A stretch of DNA of 64,000 bases from Polyangiaceae bacterium (GTDB taxonomy: Bacteria > Myxococcota_A > Polyangia > Polyangiales > Polyangiaceae): the NCBI GenBank assembly GCA_044376115.1, contig JBILLK010000034.1:1-64000 (forward strand), given 5' to 3'. Below are positions 36,592 through 45,682 of this stretch, piece after piece. The notes under the pieces were generated by a model. The model had not been told where the DNA came from. It did no database searches and saw only the letters and a list, made by a program, of their open reading frames with translations. The position numbers were made by a program, and so were the translations under genes. Position 1 is the stretch's first letter, and each line of letters begins with the position of its first letter.

Positions 36592-37524
36592 ATGCAGTTT
36601 CGCAACCTCGACGGTAGCGGCGTCAACAAGGGCTTCTCGGAGGTCATGCGCTGGAAACTTGGCTTGGGCGCCCCCTCCGAAGTGCGCGAGGCCCTGCGCT
36701 CGGAGAGTGAGCGGCTGAGCTCTGCGCCGCGCGTCGAAAACGACGGTAGTGCGTTGGTAAAGGCCGAGCGCTCGGCCCTGACGTGGATCGGTCATGCCAC
36801 CTATCTGATTCAACTCGGTGGGCTCTCGATCGTGATCGATCCGGTGCTGTCCAACCGGCTATTCGCCATTAAGCGGCTGGTCGCCCCGGGGCTCGCTCCC
36901 GCTGCGATGCCGGCGCTCGACGTGTGTTTGGTCACGCACAATCACCGCGACCATATGGACGCGCCGTCGCTCGAGGCGCTCGATCGCAAGCTGCTCATGG
37001 TCGTGCCCAAGGGGCTCGGTCGTTGGTTCGCAAGCCGCGGCTTTCTCTCGGTGGTCGAGCTCGAATGGTGGCAACACACCGAGCTGCGTGGCGTGCGTAT
37101 CACCTTCGTTCCCTCGCAACATTGGTCGCAACGCGGGGCCTTCGATCGCAATGAGAGCCATTGGGGTGGCTACGTGATCGAAGACGGCACTCACCGCGTT
37201 TACCACTCCGGAGACACAGCCTACTTCGACGGCTTTACGCAGATCGGTTCGCGGCTCGGTCGCATCGATGCAGCGATGCTACCGATCGGTGCCTATGAAC
37301 CACGTTGGTTCATGCGCGGCCAGCATATGAACCCGGAGGACGCGGTTTCGGCCTTTCTGGACCTGCGCGCCAAGCGCTTCATCGCCATGCACTGGGGCAC
37401 CTTCAAGCTAACTGACGAGCCGATCGGTGAGCCCCCGCTGTTCACGCAGGACCAATGGCACACCCGCCAGATCGAAGGCGAGCGGCTGCTGATCCCCAAC
37501 GTCGGCGAGACCGTCTGGCTTTGA
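36592..37524 (+). CDS. MBL-fold metallo-hydrolase (NAPE-PLD/RomA-like)
   Basis: TWIGHAT, THNHRDH, QHWS, GDT, PIGAYEPRWFM, HWGTF. Confidence 0.9.
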   Translation: MQFRNLDGSGVNKGFSEVMRWKLGLGAPSEVREALRSESERLSSAPRVENDGSALVKAERSALTWIGHATYLIQLGGLSIVIDPVLSNRLFAIKRLVAPGLAPAAMPALDVCLVTHNHRDHMDAPSLEALDRKLLMVVPKGLGRWFASRGFLSVVELEWWQHTELRGVRITFVPSQHWSQRGAFDRNESHWGGYVIEDGTHRVYHSGDTAYFDGFTQIGSRLGRIDAAMLPIGAYEPRWFMRGQHMNPEDAVSAFLDLRAKRFIAMHWGTFKLTDEPIGEPPLFTQDQWHTRQIEGERLLIPNVGETVWL

Positions 37525-37546
37525 GTCACCGTTCGGCGGCTAACAC

Positions 37547-38404
37547 TTAGCGCCCGGTAACGCGATAAAGCGCTTCCGCTTTGCACTCATCGGCCGAGAG
37601 CGTTACCCACTTCGAGGCAGGCGCGCTAAATCCCGGCTCAAAGGTGCAGGCCGAATCCTTGAATCCGGGCCACCAACCACCGGCCAGCGCTGCTTCGTTG
37701 CCCTTCTCAACGTACGGTAAGCTTGGGCCGCTATAGATGCCACAGCCCGCACAATCCCGCGGATCAAAGGTCAACACCCGTTCTTTGCGTTGGTCGCCGA
37801 AGAAAGGCATATGCGAGTAGCCCGCCGTCCGGCTGACGTAGCCTAAAACATCGAGCGCTACCGGGCTGGGGGCGCGGTAGTCGGGCATCGGTGGCGCCAC
37901 ACCGAGGCCGAGCTGCTCATCCCAGTAAGCGATCTCGCTCGACGGGCTCGGCGTCACGTGGTCCGGCACGTAAGCCACAAAGAAGTTCGCCACGTATTGC
38001 CCCAGCGGATCTCGATTCACTACGTCGATGCAGTGGTTCGTCGAGCCATCACCATCGACATACGCGCTGCATTGCAACGTTGCGTGCGCCTCCAGCGTTC
38101 CGACCAAAAACTGGTTCACTTCGATGCTCGCCGGGTCGCTGCTTGCCCCGACGAAGTCCACGAAGTCATGCAACTGCGCCAGCGTGCAGCGCGGCTTGCT
38201 GGGCTTGACCCCAACCAAGCCCATGCACATTCCGTGCACCGACGTGACCGTTGCTCCAGACCCGGGCCCCGGGATCCCCGGCGCCAACGCTGCTTCATCC
38301 TGCGCGGTCAGCTCGGTCTCCGATTCATCCAGCTCACCCGGGTTGGCGCAGCCAACCAAAAGCACCAACGCGCCAGGGACCAGTAGCAAGCTTGTTCGGA
38401 ACAT
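37547..38404 (-). CDS. Hypothetical lipoprotein
   Basis: Lipobox LVGC; TAGCCT 6 nt upstream. Confidence 0.7.
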   Translation of the reverse strand: MFRTSLLLVPGALVLLVGCANPGELDESETELTAQDEAALAPGIPGPGSGATVTSVHGMCMGLVGVKPSKPRCTLAQLHDFVDFVGASSDPASIEVNQFLVGTLEAHATLQCSAYVDGDGSTNHCIDVVNRDPLGQYVANFFVAYVPDHVTPSPSSEIAYWDEQLGLGVAPPMPDYRAPSPVALDVLGYVSRTAGYSHMPFFGDQRKERVLTFDPRDCAGCGIYSGPSLPYVEKGNEAALAGGWWPGFKDSACTFEPGFSAPASKWVTLSADECKAEALYRVTGR

Positions 38405-38473
38405 CCCGCGAGGCTACTGCCAGCGGCTACCACGCTCAACGGCCCTGACCTTTCAGAGCCTTTCAGCAACGGA

Positions 38474-38506
38474 AGACCTGTCCGCTCGCGCGAGACGGAC
38501 AGGTCT
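38474..38506 (-). terminator. Strong hairpin downstream of the SPFH gene
   Basis: AGACCTGTCCG...CGGACAGGTCT 11-bp stem, 10 nt after the stop; no long U-tract. Confidence 0.55.
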
Positions 38507-38516
38507 ATCAGGCGCG

Positions 38517-40526
38517 TTACTCCGCGTCGCCCACGTGGCGAATTTGCGCGCCGAGCTCATCGCGCAGCCGCCGGGCTTTGGCGCTCGGTGCTTGCGTGCT
38601 CGGCGAGTCACCGCCCTCACGTTCATGCAGCAACATCGCGAGCAGGGCCTCCATCAAGCTGGAACCGGAGCCAGGGGCACCGCTCTGACCGCCGCCACCG
38701 ACCACCACGCGTGGCACCACGTCCACCCCGCTCTTTTCGATCGCCTCCGAGAAGCGCGTCATCACCTTTTGCGTGAGCTGCAGCTGCGGGCCGCCGTAGG
38801 CACGGACTTGCTCCTCGATCGCCATCGCTTCGGCCACACCGACGCGCGCGGCTCGTTCTGCCTCCGCTGACGCCATCAAGCGCACCCGCTCGGCATCCGC
38901 ACCGGCGATGGCTTTGATTTGAGCAGCCTCCTGCAGCGCGCGCTCGTACTCGGCGCGGCCTTGGTTGGCCTTGACGATGATGCCCAGCTCGCTACCGGTG
39001 ATCTGGGTCTGTTGTTCGGCGCGGGCCTCGGCCTCGCGCAGCTCCCGCTCCTTGACCGCAGCTCGCTCCTGCCTTGCGTAGGTCTCCACCTGCTCTTCGG
39101 CGATCTGGCGCATGCGCAGCTGCTTCAGGATCTCCTCGATATGCGTATCCCCCGGGCTGGAGGTCGGCGTGCCGATCAGCACCTCTTCCAAATCCAGGTT
39201 GTAGCGCTCGAACTTGGTTTGCATCTCTTTGCTCGCCACTTCTTGGATCTCGCTGCGCTCTTGCAAAAGCTCGATCAGCGTGCGGGTTTGCCCAACGTTC
39301 TTGAAGTAGGCCGCCACCATTGGATCGAGCGTTTGCTCGACCAGCCGCTTCACATCGCCAAAACGCTGCACCACGAGCGGGGCTTTGCGGTAGTCGATAT
39401 GCACCACCACACTAAGCGGCAATGACGGCTCGAACGCGTCTTTGGTGATGAGCGATACCTCGGAGAGGTTCTCGTCGAACTTGTGTGCGCCCACTTCACG
39501 CTTGTTCCACTTGAGGATGAAGTTGGTCGTCGGCACCAATACCACTTTGCCTGCATAGGTATTGAAGGCGTACTTGCCAGGTAAAAGCGGTGTATTCCAA
39601 ACGCCGCGTCGACCGCGCGCCACGAGCTCGCCGTGTTTGTACTCGCTGCCGGAGAGGTCACTGCCGGTCTCGCCGGTGTAGCTCACCACCACGCCCACCG
39701 TGCCGACCTCCACCACCGTCTTGGGCCGCAGCTCCACCGTCGACATCAAGCGGTTGAGGTAATACGTGCCTTCGACCAACACTTGCAGCTGGCGGCCGCG
39801 CCGTCCACCCGCCGCCAAGAAGCGTTCGGGATCTTGGAACGAGTTGTGGAAAGTCGTCTTTTCATGCGCGTCGTCCCCAACGATGGGCGCGATCAGCTCG
39901 CCCTGCGCGAGCGCTGGGCCGTCGTGAACGGTGACTACGCCCATTAGGTCCTCCTCGCCCGAGAGCACCAACGGCCGGAAGCCGTCGCGCTCGGCGATCA
40001 GCGCCTGCATGCGGGTGAAGAGCGGAAAATCGTCTTGATCGAGCGGCAGAAAGTAGATGCGCTCCGCGGTGATTACGACGAACTGTGCGAGGTTGATGGC
40101 ATACGTACCTTCGCGCAGTACGCGCCGTTGCGGCCCGCGTTGGCCGCCTCGCGAGAGGAACGCGACCACGTCCTGAAACTCAGCGCACGGCACATCCCGA
40201 CCAAGCGCCTGCTCTTGCGCCAGCGGCATACCGTCGCGCGCGAACACATAACCGATGCGACCTTGCGGCACGGTGACCAGTGGCACCGTGCGCACCTTGT
40301 ACACGAACGGGAACTTCCAATGCAGTCCACCGCGCAGAACCTCCGGCTGGAAACCAGCCTCGCCTTGCAAGGCAATCAGTCCCTTCTCAATCGAGCCCGC
40401 GCTCGAGAAACGCTTCTCAATCACGGCAATGCGGTCATTGCGAACCGGCCGCAGCCCCAATAGCAAAAACAAAAGACCAATAGCGGCGAGCGCCAATAGG
40501 CTCACCGCGACCCAACTTGGGACCAT
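38517..40526 (-). CDS. SPFH/flotillin domain protein
   Basis: N-terminal TM, repeated LxEGTY/PGKY units, SPFH region, Ala/Glu coiled coil; AAGGAG SD. Confidence 0.85.
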   Translation of the reverse strand: MVPSWVAVSLLALAAIGLLFLLLGLRPVRNDRIAVIEKRFSSAGSIEKGLIALQGEAGFQPEVLRGGLHWKFPFVYKVRTVPLVTVPQGRIGYVFARDGMPLAQEQALGRDVPCAEFQDVVAFLSRGGQRGPQRRVLREGTYAINLAQFVVITAERIYFLPLDQDDFPLFTRMQALIAERDGFRPLVLSGEEDLMGVVTVHDGPALAQGELIAPIVGDDAHEKTTFHNSFQDPERFLAAGGRRGRQLQVLVEGTYYLNRLMSTVELRPKTVVEVGTVGVVVSYTGETGSDLSGSEYKHGELVARGRRGVWNTPLLPGKYAFNTYAGKVVLVPTTNFILKWNKREVGAHKFDENLSEVSLITKDAFEPSLPLSVVVHIDYRKAPLVVQRFGDVKRLVEQTLDPMVAAYFKNVGQTRTLIELLQERSEIQEVASKEMQTKFERYNLDLEEVLIGTPTSSPGDTHIEEILKQLRMRQIAEEQVETYARQERAAVKERELREAEARAEQQTQITGSELGIIVKANQGRAEYERALQEAAQIKAIAGADAERVRLMASAEAERAARVGVAEAMAIEEQVRAYGGPQLQLTQKVMTRFSEAIEKSGVDVVPRVVVGGGGQSGAPGSGSSLMEALLAMLLHEREGGDSPSTQAPSAKARRLRDELGAQIRHVGDAE

Positions 40527-40660
40527 GTCCGTTCACTCCTTCATGCAGCGTGAAAAAGGGTCACGCTGGCGATGGAGGAAGATGTGTGGTCCCTCGCTCG
40601 ACTGCGCAAGCGGGTACGCACTGAAATCGAACCGAGGCCGTACGACTCTGTCGCGCTGCG

Positions 40661-41350
40661 TTAGCGCGGCGGCCCGCCCCAACCGCCCTGATAGCCGGCC
40701 CAGCCTTGGCCCTGTTGCGGCGGCCCATAGCCTTGTTGCGGCCCATAGCCTTGTTGCGGCCCATAACCCTGCATCGGCTGGCCAAAGCCGTGCGTTTGCG
40801 GCGGATGCAGCGCCAAGGACTCAACAAACGGTGCTCCCGCTTTGAGCCATACCCGGAAGTTGTCGATGCGCTTCGGCTTGGTGGTCTGCGCCATGATCGC
40901 GCCTGCGATGATCGACCCAAACATCATCACCAAACCGAGAATGATGCCCCACGCAGCGCCGTTCCCGGCCATCGCGATCATCAAGGCCAGCCCCAAGATG
41001 AAGCCGAAGGTGATCACCAGATAGCCGATCACCTGGCGTTGCTTGTGCTTACTGCAAATACCGAAGTCCACGTAGGCGCTCTTGCGCGTGACCATGGCAA
41101 CGATCGCGTAGATGAGTACGCCCGCCGCTAGGGTCGCGTACACCCAACCTTCATGCCAATAGAGGGTCTTGCGCACGCGATGGTTCGCCGGCGCATTGCA
41201 CACCACACAGCGGTCCGGCAGCACCGGGGAAGCCTTCCAAAAGGTGACCTGGTCGCCCTCGCGCCAGCAAGCCTCCGATGCGGGCACCATCGCGTGGGGG
41301 GCGTGATGCGGCTGATCGAGACCCGGTGCAGCGTACGGATTCATGCTCAC
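40661..41350 (-). CDS. Membrane protein with CxxC...CxxH motif and GYGPQQ-repeat tail
   Basis: MNPYAAP; PDRCVVCNAP; ICSKH; three TMs; 18-bp repeats at 40720-40773. Confidence 0.75.
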   Translation of the reverse strand: MSMNPYAAPGLDQPHHAPHAMVPASEACWREGDQVTFWKASPVLPDRCVVCNAPANHRVRKTLYWHEGWVYATLAAGVLIYAIVAMVTRKSAYVDFGICSKHKQRQVIGYLVITFGFILGLALMIAMAGNGAAWGIILGLVMMFGSIIAGAIMAQTTKPKRIDNFRVWLKAGAPFVESLALHPPQTHGFGQPMQGYGPQQGYGPQQGYGPPQQGQGWAGYQGGWGGPPR

Positions 41351-41430
41351 AGCGGAGTGCTTGGGCCGAAGCTTCGCGCAGCGTCAAGCCGCAGCTGGGC
41401 CTTGCGCCTAACCACCGCTAAGCTGACGCC

Positions 41431-41964
41431 ATGCTCGTGCCTCGCCTCGCTCGCACCGCTCCCACGGCACAGCGCCTAGCCAGCCTCGGGCTGCCTCTGC
41501 TGCTCGCGCTCGGCTGCGGCGAATCGGGCTCTGCGTCTTCTTCGCTGGCACCGTCCGCCTCGCTCGGTTCACCAAGCTTAGATGGCTGGAATACAGCGCA
41601 GATCGATTGGCGTCCGTATCAGGAGGGCCTGGCCGAAGCGCAACAGAGCAACAAGCCAATCGTGCTCGTGTTCTTCACCTCATGGTGCGGGCATTGCAAA
41701 AATTACAGTCATATCTTTGAAGACCAACGCGTCGTGGCGCAGTCCAAGCAGTTCGTCATGATCCGCCTCGATAAAGATCAGCATCGCGAACTCAGCAAAA
41801 AGTACGCGCTCGACGGCGAGTACATCCCGCGCACTTTCATCCTCCGCCCTGACGGTACGGTGCGTGAGGACATCCAAGAGCGGCGCGAAAAGTTCAAGTA
41901 CTTCTACGACGAGAAGAAGCCGGAGAACCTACTCGCAGCGCTCGAACGAGGGCTCAGCCCGTGA
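41431..41964 (+). CDS. Thioredoxin-like lipoprotein
   Basis: Lipobox ALGC; WCGHC active site; YIPRTFIL cis-Pro loop. Confidence 0.85.
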   Translation: MLVPRLARTAPTAQRLASLGLPLLLALGCGESGSASSSLAPSASLGSPSLDGWNTAQIDWRPYQEGLAEAQQSNKPIVLVFFTSWCGHCKNYSHIFEDQRVVAQSKQFVMIRLDKDQHRELSKKYALDGEYIPRTFILRPDGTVREDIQERREKFKYFYDEKKPENLLAALERGLSP

Positions 41965-42965
41965 GCGATGCTCCTCGTCTCCCGCCGCTTGCACCCTGGG
42001 AACAAAGCCTGCGGTCTCTGCTCGCGAGCACCGCTGCTTCAACCGCCGCCGGCCCAACCCCGGCTTTGCTCGCGGACTTTCTCGCGCGAGCTGAGCTCGC
42101 GCGAGAGCCCGCGAGCCACCCCCTCGACTGGGTCTTACAGACAGCGGCGGGCGCGTACGACATCGGTCAGGCCTTCGCGTGCGGCTACTTCGCAGCGACC
42201 GAGCAGTTGCTCGCTCGCTGCGGCGTCGCCACCCCGCGCGGCCAGCGCGTCAGCCTCGCCGTAACCGAGCCCGGCGGTGCGCATCCGCGCGCGTTGCGCT
42301 CCAACCTGCAGCTCCGTGACGGCGCGTTGACGCTGAGCGGGGAGAAGGTGTGGACCACGCTGGCGGATCTCGCGACGCACCTTTTGATCGTCGTGCGTGA
42401 CGAGCGCGAAGCAACGTCATCCAGCGATCTGCCGAGGCTCGTAGCGTTTCTTTGCCCAGCCGGTAGCGACGGCCTTGCGCTCGAGCTGCTGCCCGAAACA
42501 CCCTTCTGCCCGGAGTTGCGCCACGGTCGGCTGCAGTTTGAGCGGCTCGGCGTGACCGCCGAAGAGCGTGTCGCAGAAGATGCTTTCACGCAGCTCCTCA
42601 AGCCCTTTCGCAGCTTGGAGGACGCGACGGTTGCTGCTGCAGTGCTCAGCTTTCTCTGCCGCCTGACGGTGCAACGCGGCCTCTCCCAAGCGCTTACCGC
42701 GCGCACGCTGCTGCTCCTGCATGGCGTTTGGTCGCTCGCGCAGGCGCCCGATGGTCCCTTCGTCTGGGTGGCCTTGGCCGGCCTGATGGACGAACTGCAG
42801 GCCTTGCTGCCCCAACTCGTAGACGCATTGCGCGCCGAGCACCCCGCGTGTGCCGACGCCTTGCAACGCGATTTACCGCTGCTCGCGGTGACCTCTCGGC
42901 TGCGCGCTACGCGACGAGCCAAAGGGCTCGCCGCGCTCAGCGCTCAGCCTCCGTTAACTACTTGA
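41961..42965 (+). CDS. Acyl-CoA dehydrogenase-like protein (short, divergent)
   Basis: SLAVTEPGG, LSGEKVWTT; GTGA overlap. Confidence 0.7.
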   Translation: MSDAPRLPPLAPWEQSLRSLLASTAASTAAGPTPALLADFLARAELAREPASHPLDWVLQTAAGAYDIGQAFACGYFAATEQLLARCGVATPRGQRVSLAVTEPGGAHPRALRSNLQLRDGALTLSGEKVWTTLADLATHLLIVVRDEREATSSSDLPRLVAFLCPAGSDGLALELLPETPFCPELRHGRLQFERLGVTAEERVAEDAFTQLLKPFRSLEDATVAAAVLSFLCRLTVQRGLSQALTARTLLLLHGVWSLAQAPDGPFVWVALAGLMDELQALLPQLVDALRAEHPACADALQRDLPLLAVTSRLRATRRAKGLAALSAQPPLTT

Positions 42966-43866
42966 TGCGAATCGCGATGGTGAGCAGCACCGGCAGATCG
43001 CTGATCTCAATCGTCGAGCCGTCCGCAGAGACTGCACCTTCCGCAACCACGGCCCACTCGCTGTAACCACCGAAGTGCTCGCCGATATCGAGCTCTTGGC
43101 CAAGCACCTCGACCGCCGTATTGGCGCCGAGCTTTGCGGTGTTGGGGATCGAAACGGCGACGCCCGGGCAGAACAACGTGTCCACCGGACCGAGCCCAAC
43201 CACCATGGCGAAGCCTGCTTCACCGGTGATCTGGGCGACCTGCGCTGCATCCGAAACCGTCACCGCGCGGAAAGTTTGCTTGGCGGGCTCATCGTAGATG
43301 AGTTCGTTCACGACCACGGCGCCGCCGCTCGGCACCGTGAGACTCACGTCATCCGCGGTGACCGTTGCACCCGCAGCGAACTGCGACCCGCTGTCGACAA
43401 TCAGCGGGAACACGCCGGACATCGTGGGGCCGCCGGTGTACGGATAACCAATCTTGGCGTACGTCAGGCTGTCTCCCGGCTTGAACACCGGCCGATCCAA
43501 CGAGTCCGAGCCGGTGAAGGTCGCCATTCCGATGGCGTTGGTGGTGGCAAACAGGCAGTTATCCGCGCCGCAAAGCTGCATCGGCACCATCGCCACCGGA
43601 TCGCCAGTCTCGTCTTGTGCGGTCGCAGCCACGGACGTCAGCGGCACCTCGTTTACGGCGCCTGGAGTCGCGGGAGGCGGCTCACAATCCACCGTGCTGC
43701 CGCCGCCGCCGTCGGTCGTGCTACCGCCGCCGCCGTCGGTCGTGCTACCGCCGCCGCCGTCCGTCGCGCTCCCGGCCGAACCTCCACCTCCAGCGCTGCT
43801 CGAGTCTCCACACGCCAACAGCAGAAAGGTGGAGATCACAGATGACGCTACAAAAGAACGATTCAT
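42958..43866 (-). CDS. Lipoprotein with DGGGGST(T/V) repeats and carboxypeptidase-regulatory-like domain
   Basis: GAGGAGG SD; lipobox LLAC; 21-bp repeats at ~43694-43764. Confidence 0.7.
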   Translation of the reverse strand: MNRSFVASSVISTFLLLACGDSSSAGGGGSAGSATDGGGGSTTDGGGGSTTDGGGGSTVDCEPPPATPGAVNEVPLTSVAATAQDETGDPVAMVPMQLCGADNCLFATTNAIGMATFTGSDSLDRPVFKPGDSLTYAKIGYPYTGGPTMSGVFPLIVDSGSQFAAGATVTADDVSLTVPSGGAVVVNELIYDEPAKQTFRAVTVSDAAQVAQITGEAGFAMVVGLGPVDTLFCPGVAVSIPNTAKLGANTAVEVLGQELDIGEHFGGYSEWAVVAEGAVSADGSTIEISDLPVLLTIAIRIK

Positions 43867-43951
43867 GGCAGCCTCCTCGATGGCAAAGTCACGTGCGGAC
43901 GTGGTGACTTGAACGCGGCTCCGCGACAAGCTCCATCGTCCTGCGGCGGTT

Positions 43952-43966
43952 TTGACTAATAGTCAA
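43952..43966. promoter_or_regulatory. Palindrome TTGACTA-A-TAGTCAA, candidate repressor operator
   Basis: Perfect AT-rich dyad in a GC-rich intergenic region upstream of the 43866 lipoprotein gene. Confidence 0.55.
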
Positions 43967-44010
43967 TAGTGCAACCGCGGGTCTCTCTCAAGCCCCGGTT
44001 GCAACCGGGT

Positions 44011-44964
44011 TTAGCTCAAGGCCGAGTCGTCGGCGAGGCAGTCGCGCGCTCGGCCTTCTTGTTTGGCGCGATAGAGCGCGATGTCGGCGCGGCGGATCAA
44101 CTGGTCCGTGAGAAATTCGTTGTCGGCGTCGGCGACGGCGACGCCACTGCTGAAGGACAGGTGCTCGGCGCCGCTGTCGCGCTTGTGCTCGGGTAGTTGG
44201 AGTGGAAAGAGCACGAATGCCGCGCGTATGCGAGCGAGCACGGATAGGCCGCCTTGCCTGCCGTTGTTGCGCAGGAGGAGCACAAACTCCTCGCCGCCGA
44301 AGCGGAAGGCCGCATCCTCCTTGCGGATCGAGGCGCCCAGCGTACGTGCAAAGATCTTGAGCGCTTGGTCGCCGGTATCGTGGCCAAAGCGATCGTTGAT
44401 CGACTTGAAGTGGTCGATGTCGAGCAGGCACAAACAAAGCGGCGCCGAGTAGCGCTTGGCGAACGCGGATTCCTCGCGCAGCCGCTCATGCAAGAGCTGC
44501 CGATTGCCGAGCTGGGTGAGCGGATCGATGCGCGCGAGCAGCTCCGCCTGGCGCAGCCGATCGCGCGCTTCACTGCGTGTTCGCACCGCGCGCACGGCCT
44601 TGGCTTTGAGCACCGGTCCGCTGAACGGTTTGGACAGATGGTCGGCAGCACCAAGCTCTGCCGCCTCGACGAAGTCGGTTTCAGCGTTGGCATGGGCGGT
44701 GAGCATGACCACCGGAATCAGCTTTAGCGCCGCGTCCGAGGTCATCGTTCGCAGCACCTCAAAGCCGTTGAGGCCTGGCATCATCACGTCGAGTACCACC
44801 AGATCAATCAGCTCATGTTGCTCGCGAAGGATGCGCAGCGCCTCAATCCCATCGGCGGCCTCCAAGCAGGTGAGGTTCGCGTGGGTAAGCCACTTCACGA
44901 CGAGAAAGCGCGTGGCTTGGTCGTCGTCCACCACCAGCACCGTGCCTTCACTAGCCGTTTTCAC
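44011..44964 (-). CDS. Response regulator diguanylate cyclase (REC-GGDEF)
   Basis: VVDDD, LDVMMP, KPF; DPLTQLGNR, DIDHFKSIND, RKED I-site, GGEEF. Confidence 0.93.
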   Translation of the reverse strand: MKTASEGTVLVVDDDQATRFLVVKWLTHANLTCLEAADGIEALRILREQHELIDLVVLDVMMPGLNGFEVLRTMTSDAALKLIPVVMLTAHANAETDFVEAAELGAADHLSKPFSGPVLKAKAVRAVRTRSEARDRLRQAELLARIDPLTQLGNRQLLHERLREESAFAKRYSAPLCLCLLDIDHFKSINDRFGHDTGDQALKIFARTLGASIRKEDAAFRFGGEEFVLLLRNNGRQGGLSVLARIRAAFVLFPLQLPEHKRDSGAEHLSFSSGVAVADADNEFLTDQLIRRADIALYRAKQEGRARDCLADDSALS

Positions 44965-45676
44965 TAGCTCTGCTCAGCTGGCTCGAGGGTGTGAGCACCT
45001 TGGTCCAGGGCCCTGCAACCGTCTCTTTTGTAAGCCGCGTAGCGAGCTCCTTCAGATAGCGAGTTCGCGACCAGTCTTCAGCGCCGAAGCGTTCGAGATG
45101 CTCGGTGTGTACCTGGCAATCCACGAGGTCCACCCCCAGCTGCGGGAGCGACGCAACCAGCGTAACGAACGCTATCTTGGAGGCATCGGCGCAGCGGGCG
45201 AACATCGATTCACCAAAGAAGATACCGCCTAGCGCGACGCCGTAAAGCCCGCCCGCGAGCTCGCCGTTTTGGAAGGCCTCCACCGAGTGCGCGAGGCCAA
45301 GCTCGTGCAGCCGCTCATACGCTTCGATCATGTCGTCGGTGATCCAGGTGCCATCCTGACCGGGCCGCGGCTCTTCTGCGCAGCTGCGGATCACATCGCC
45401 AAACCGCGTATCGAAGCGGATGTCGAAGGTGCCGCGACGCTGGGCCTTCTTGAGGCTCTTGGGCACATGCAGTTTGTCTACGACGAGTACGTAACGCGGG
45501 TCCGGGCTGTACCAAAGAATGGGGACGTCGCTGCTGTACCAAGGAAAGATCCCGCTCGAATAAGCGAGGATCAAGCGTTCGGCGGAAAGGTCCCCGCCGA
45601 GCGCCAAGAGGCCGCTCGGCTCCGCGAGATGCACGGGAGGAAAGGCCAAGCGCTGGTCGAGTCGGAAGACGGTCAA
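44951..45676 (-). CDS. aat: Leucyl/phenylalanyl-tRNA--protein transferase
   Basis: GLLALGGDLS, AYSSGIFPW, WYSPDPR, GTWIT, AHSVE, GGLYGV, FFGESMF, DCQ. Confidence 0.95.
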   Translation of the reverse strand: MTVFRLDQRLAFPPVHLAEPSGLLALGGDLSAERLILAYSSGIFPWYSSDVPILWYSPDPRYVLVVDKLHVPKSLKKAQRRGTFDIRFDTRFGDVIRSCAEEPRPGQDGTWITDDMIEAYERLHELGLAHSVEAFQNGELAGGLYGVALGGIFFGESMFARCADASKIAFVTLVASLPQLGVDLVDCQVHTEHLERFGAEDWSRTRYLKELATRLTKETVAGPWTKVLTPSSQLSRASENG

Positions 45677-45682
45677 GATGAA

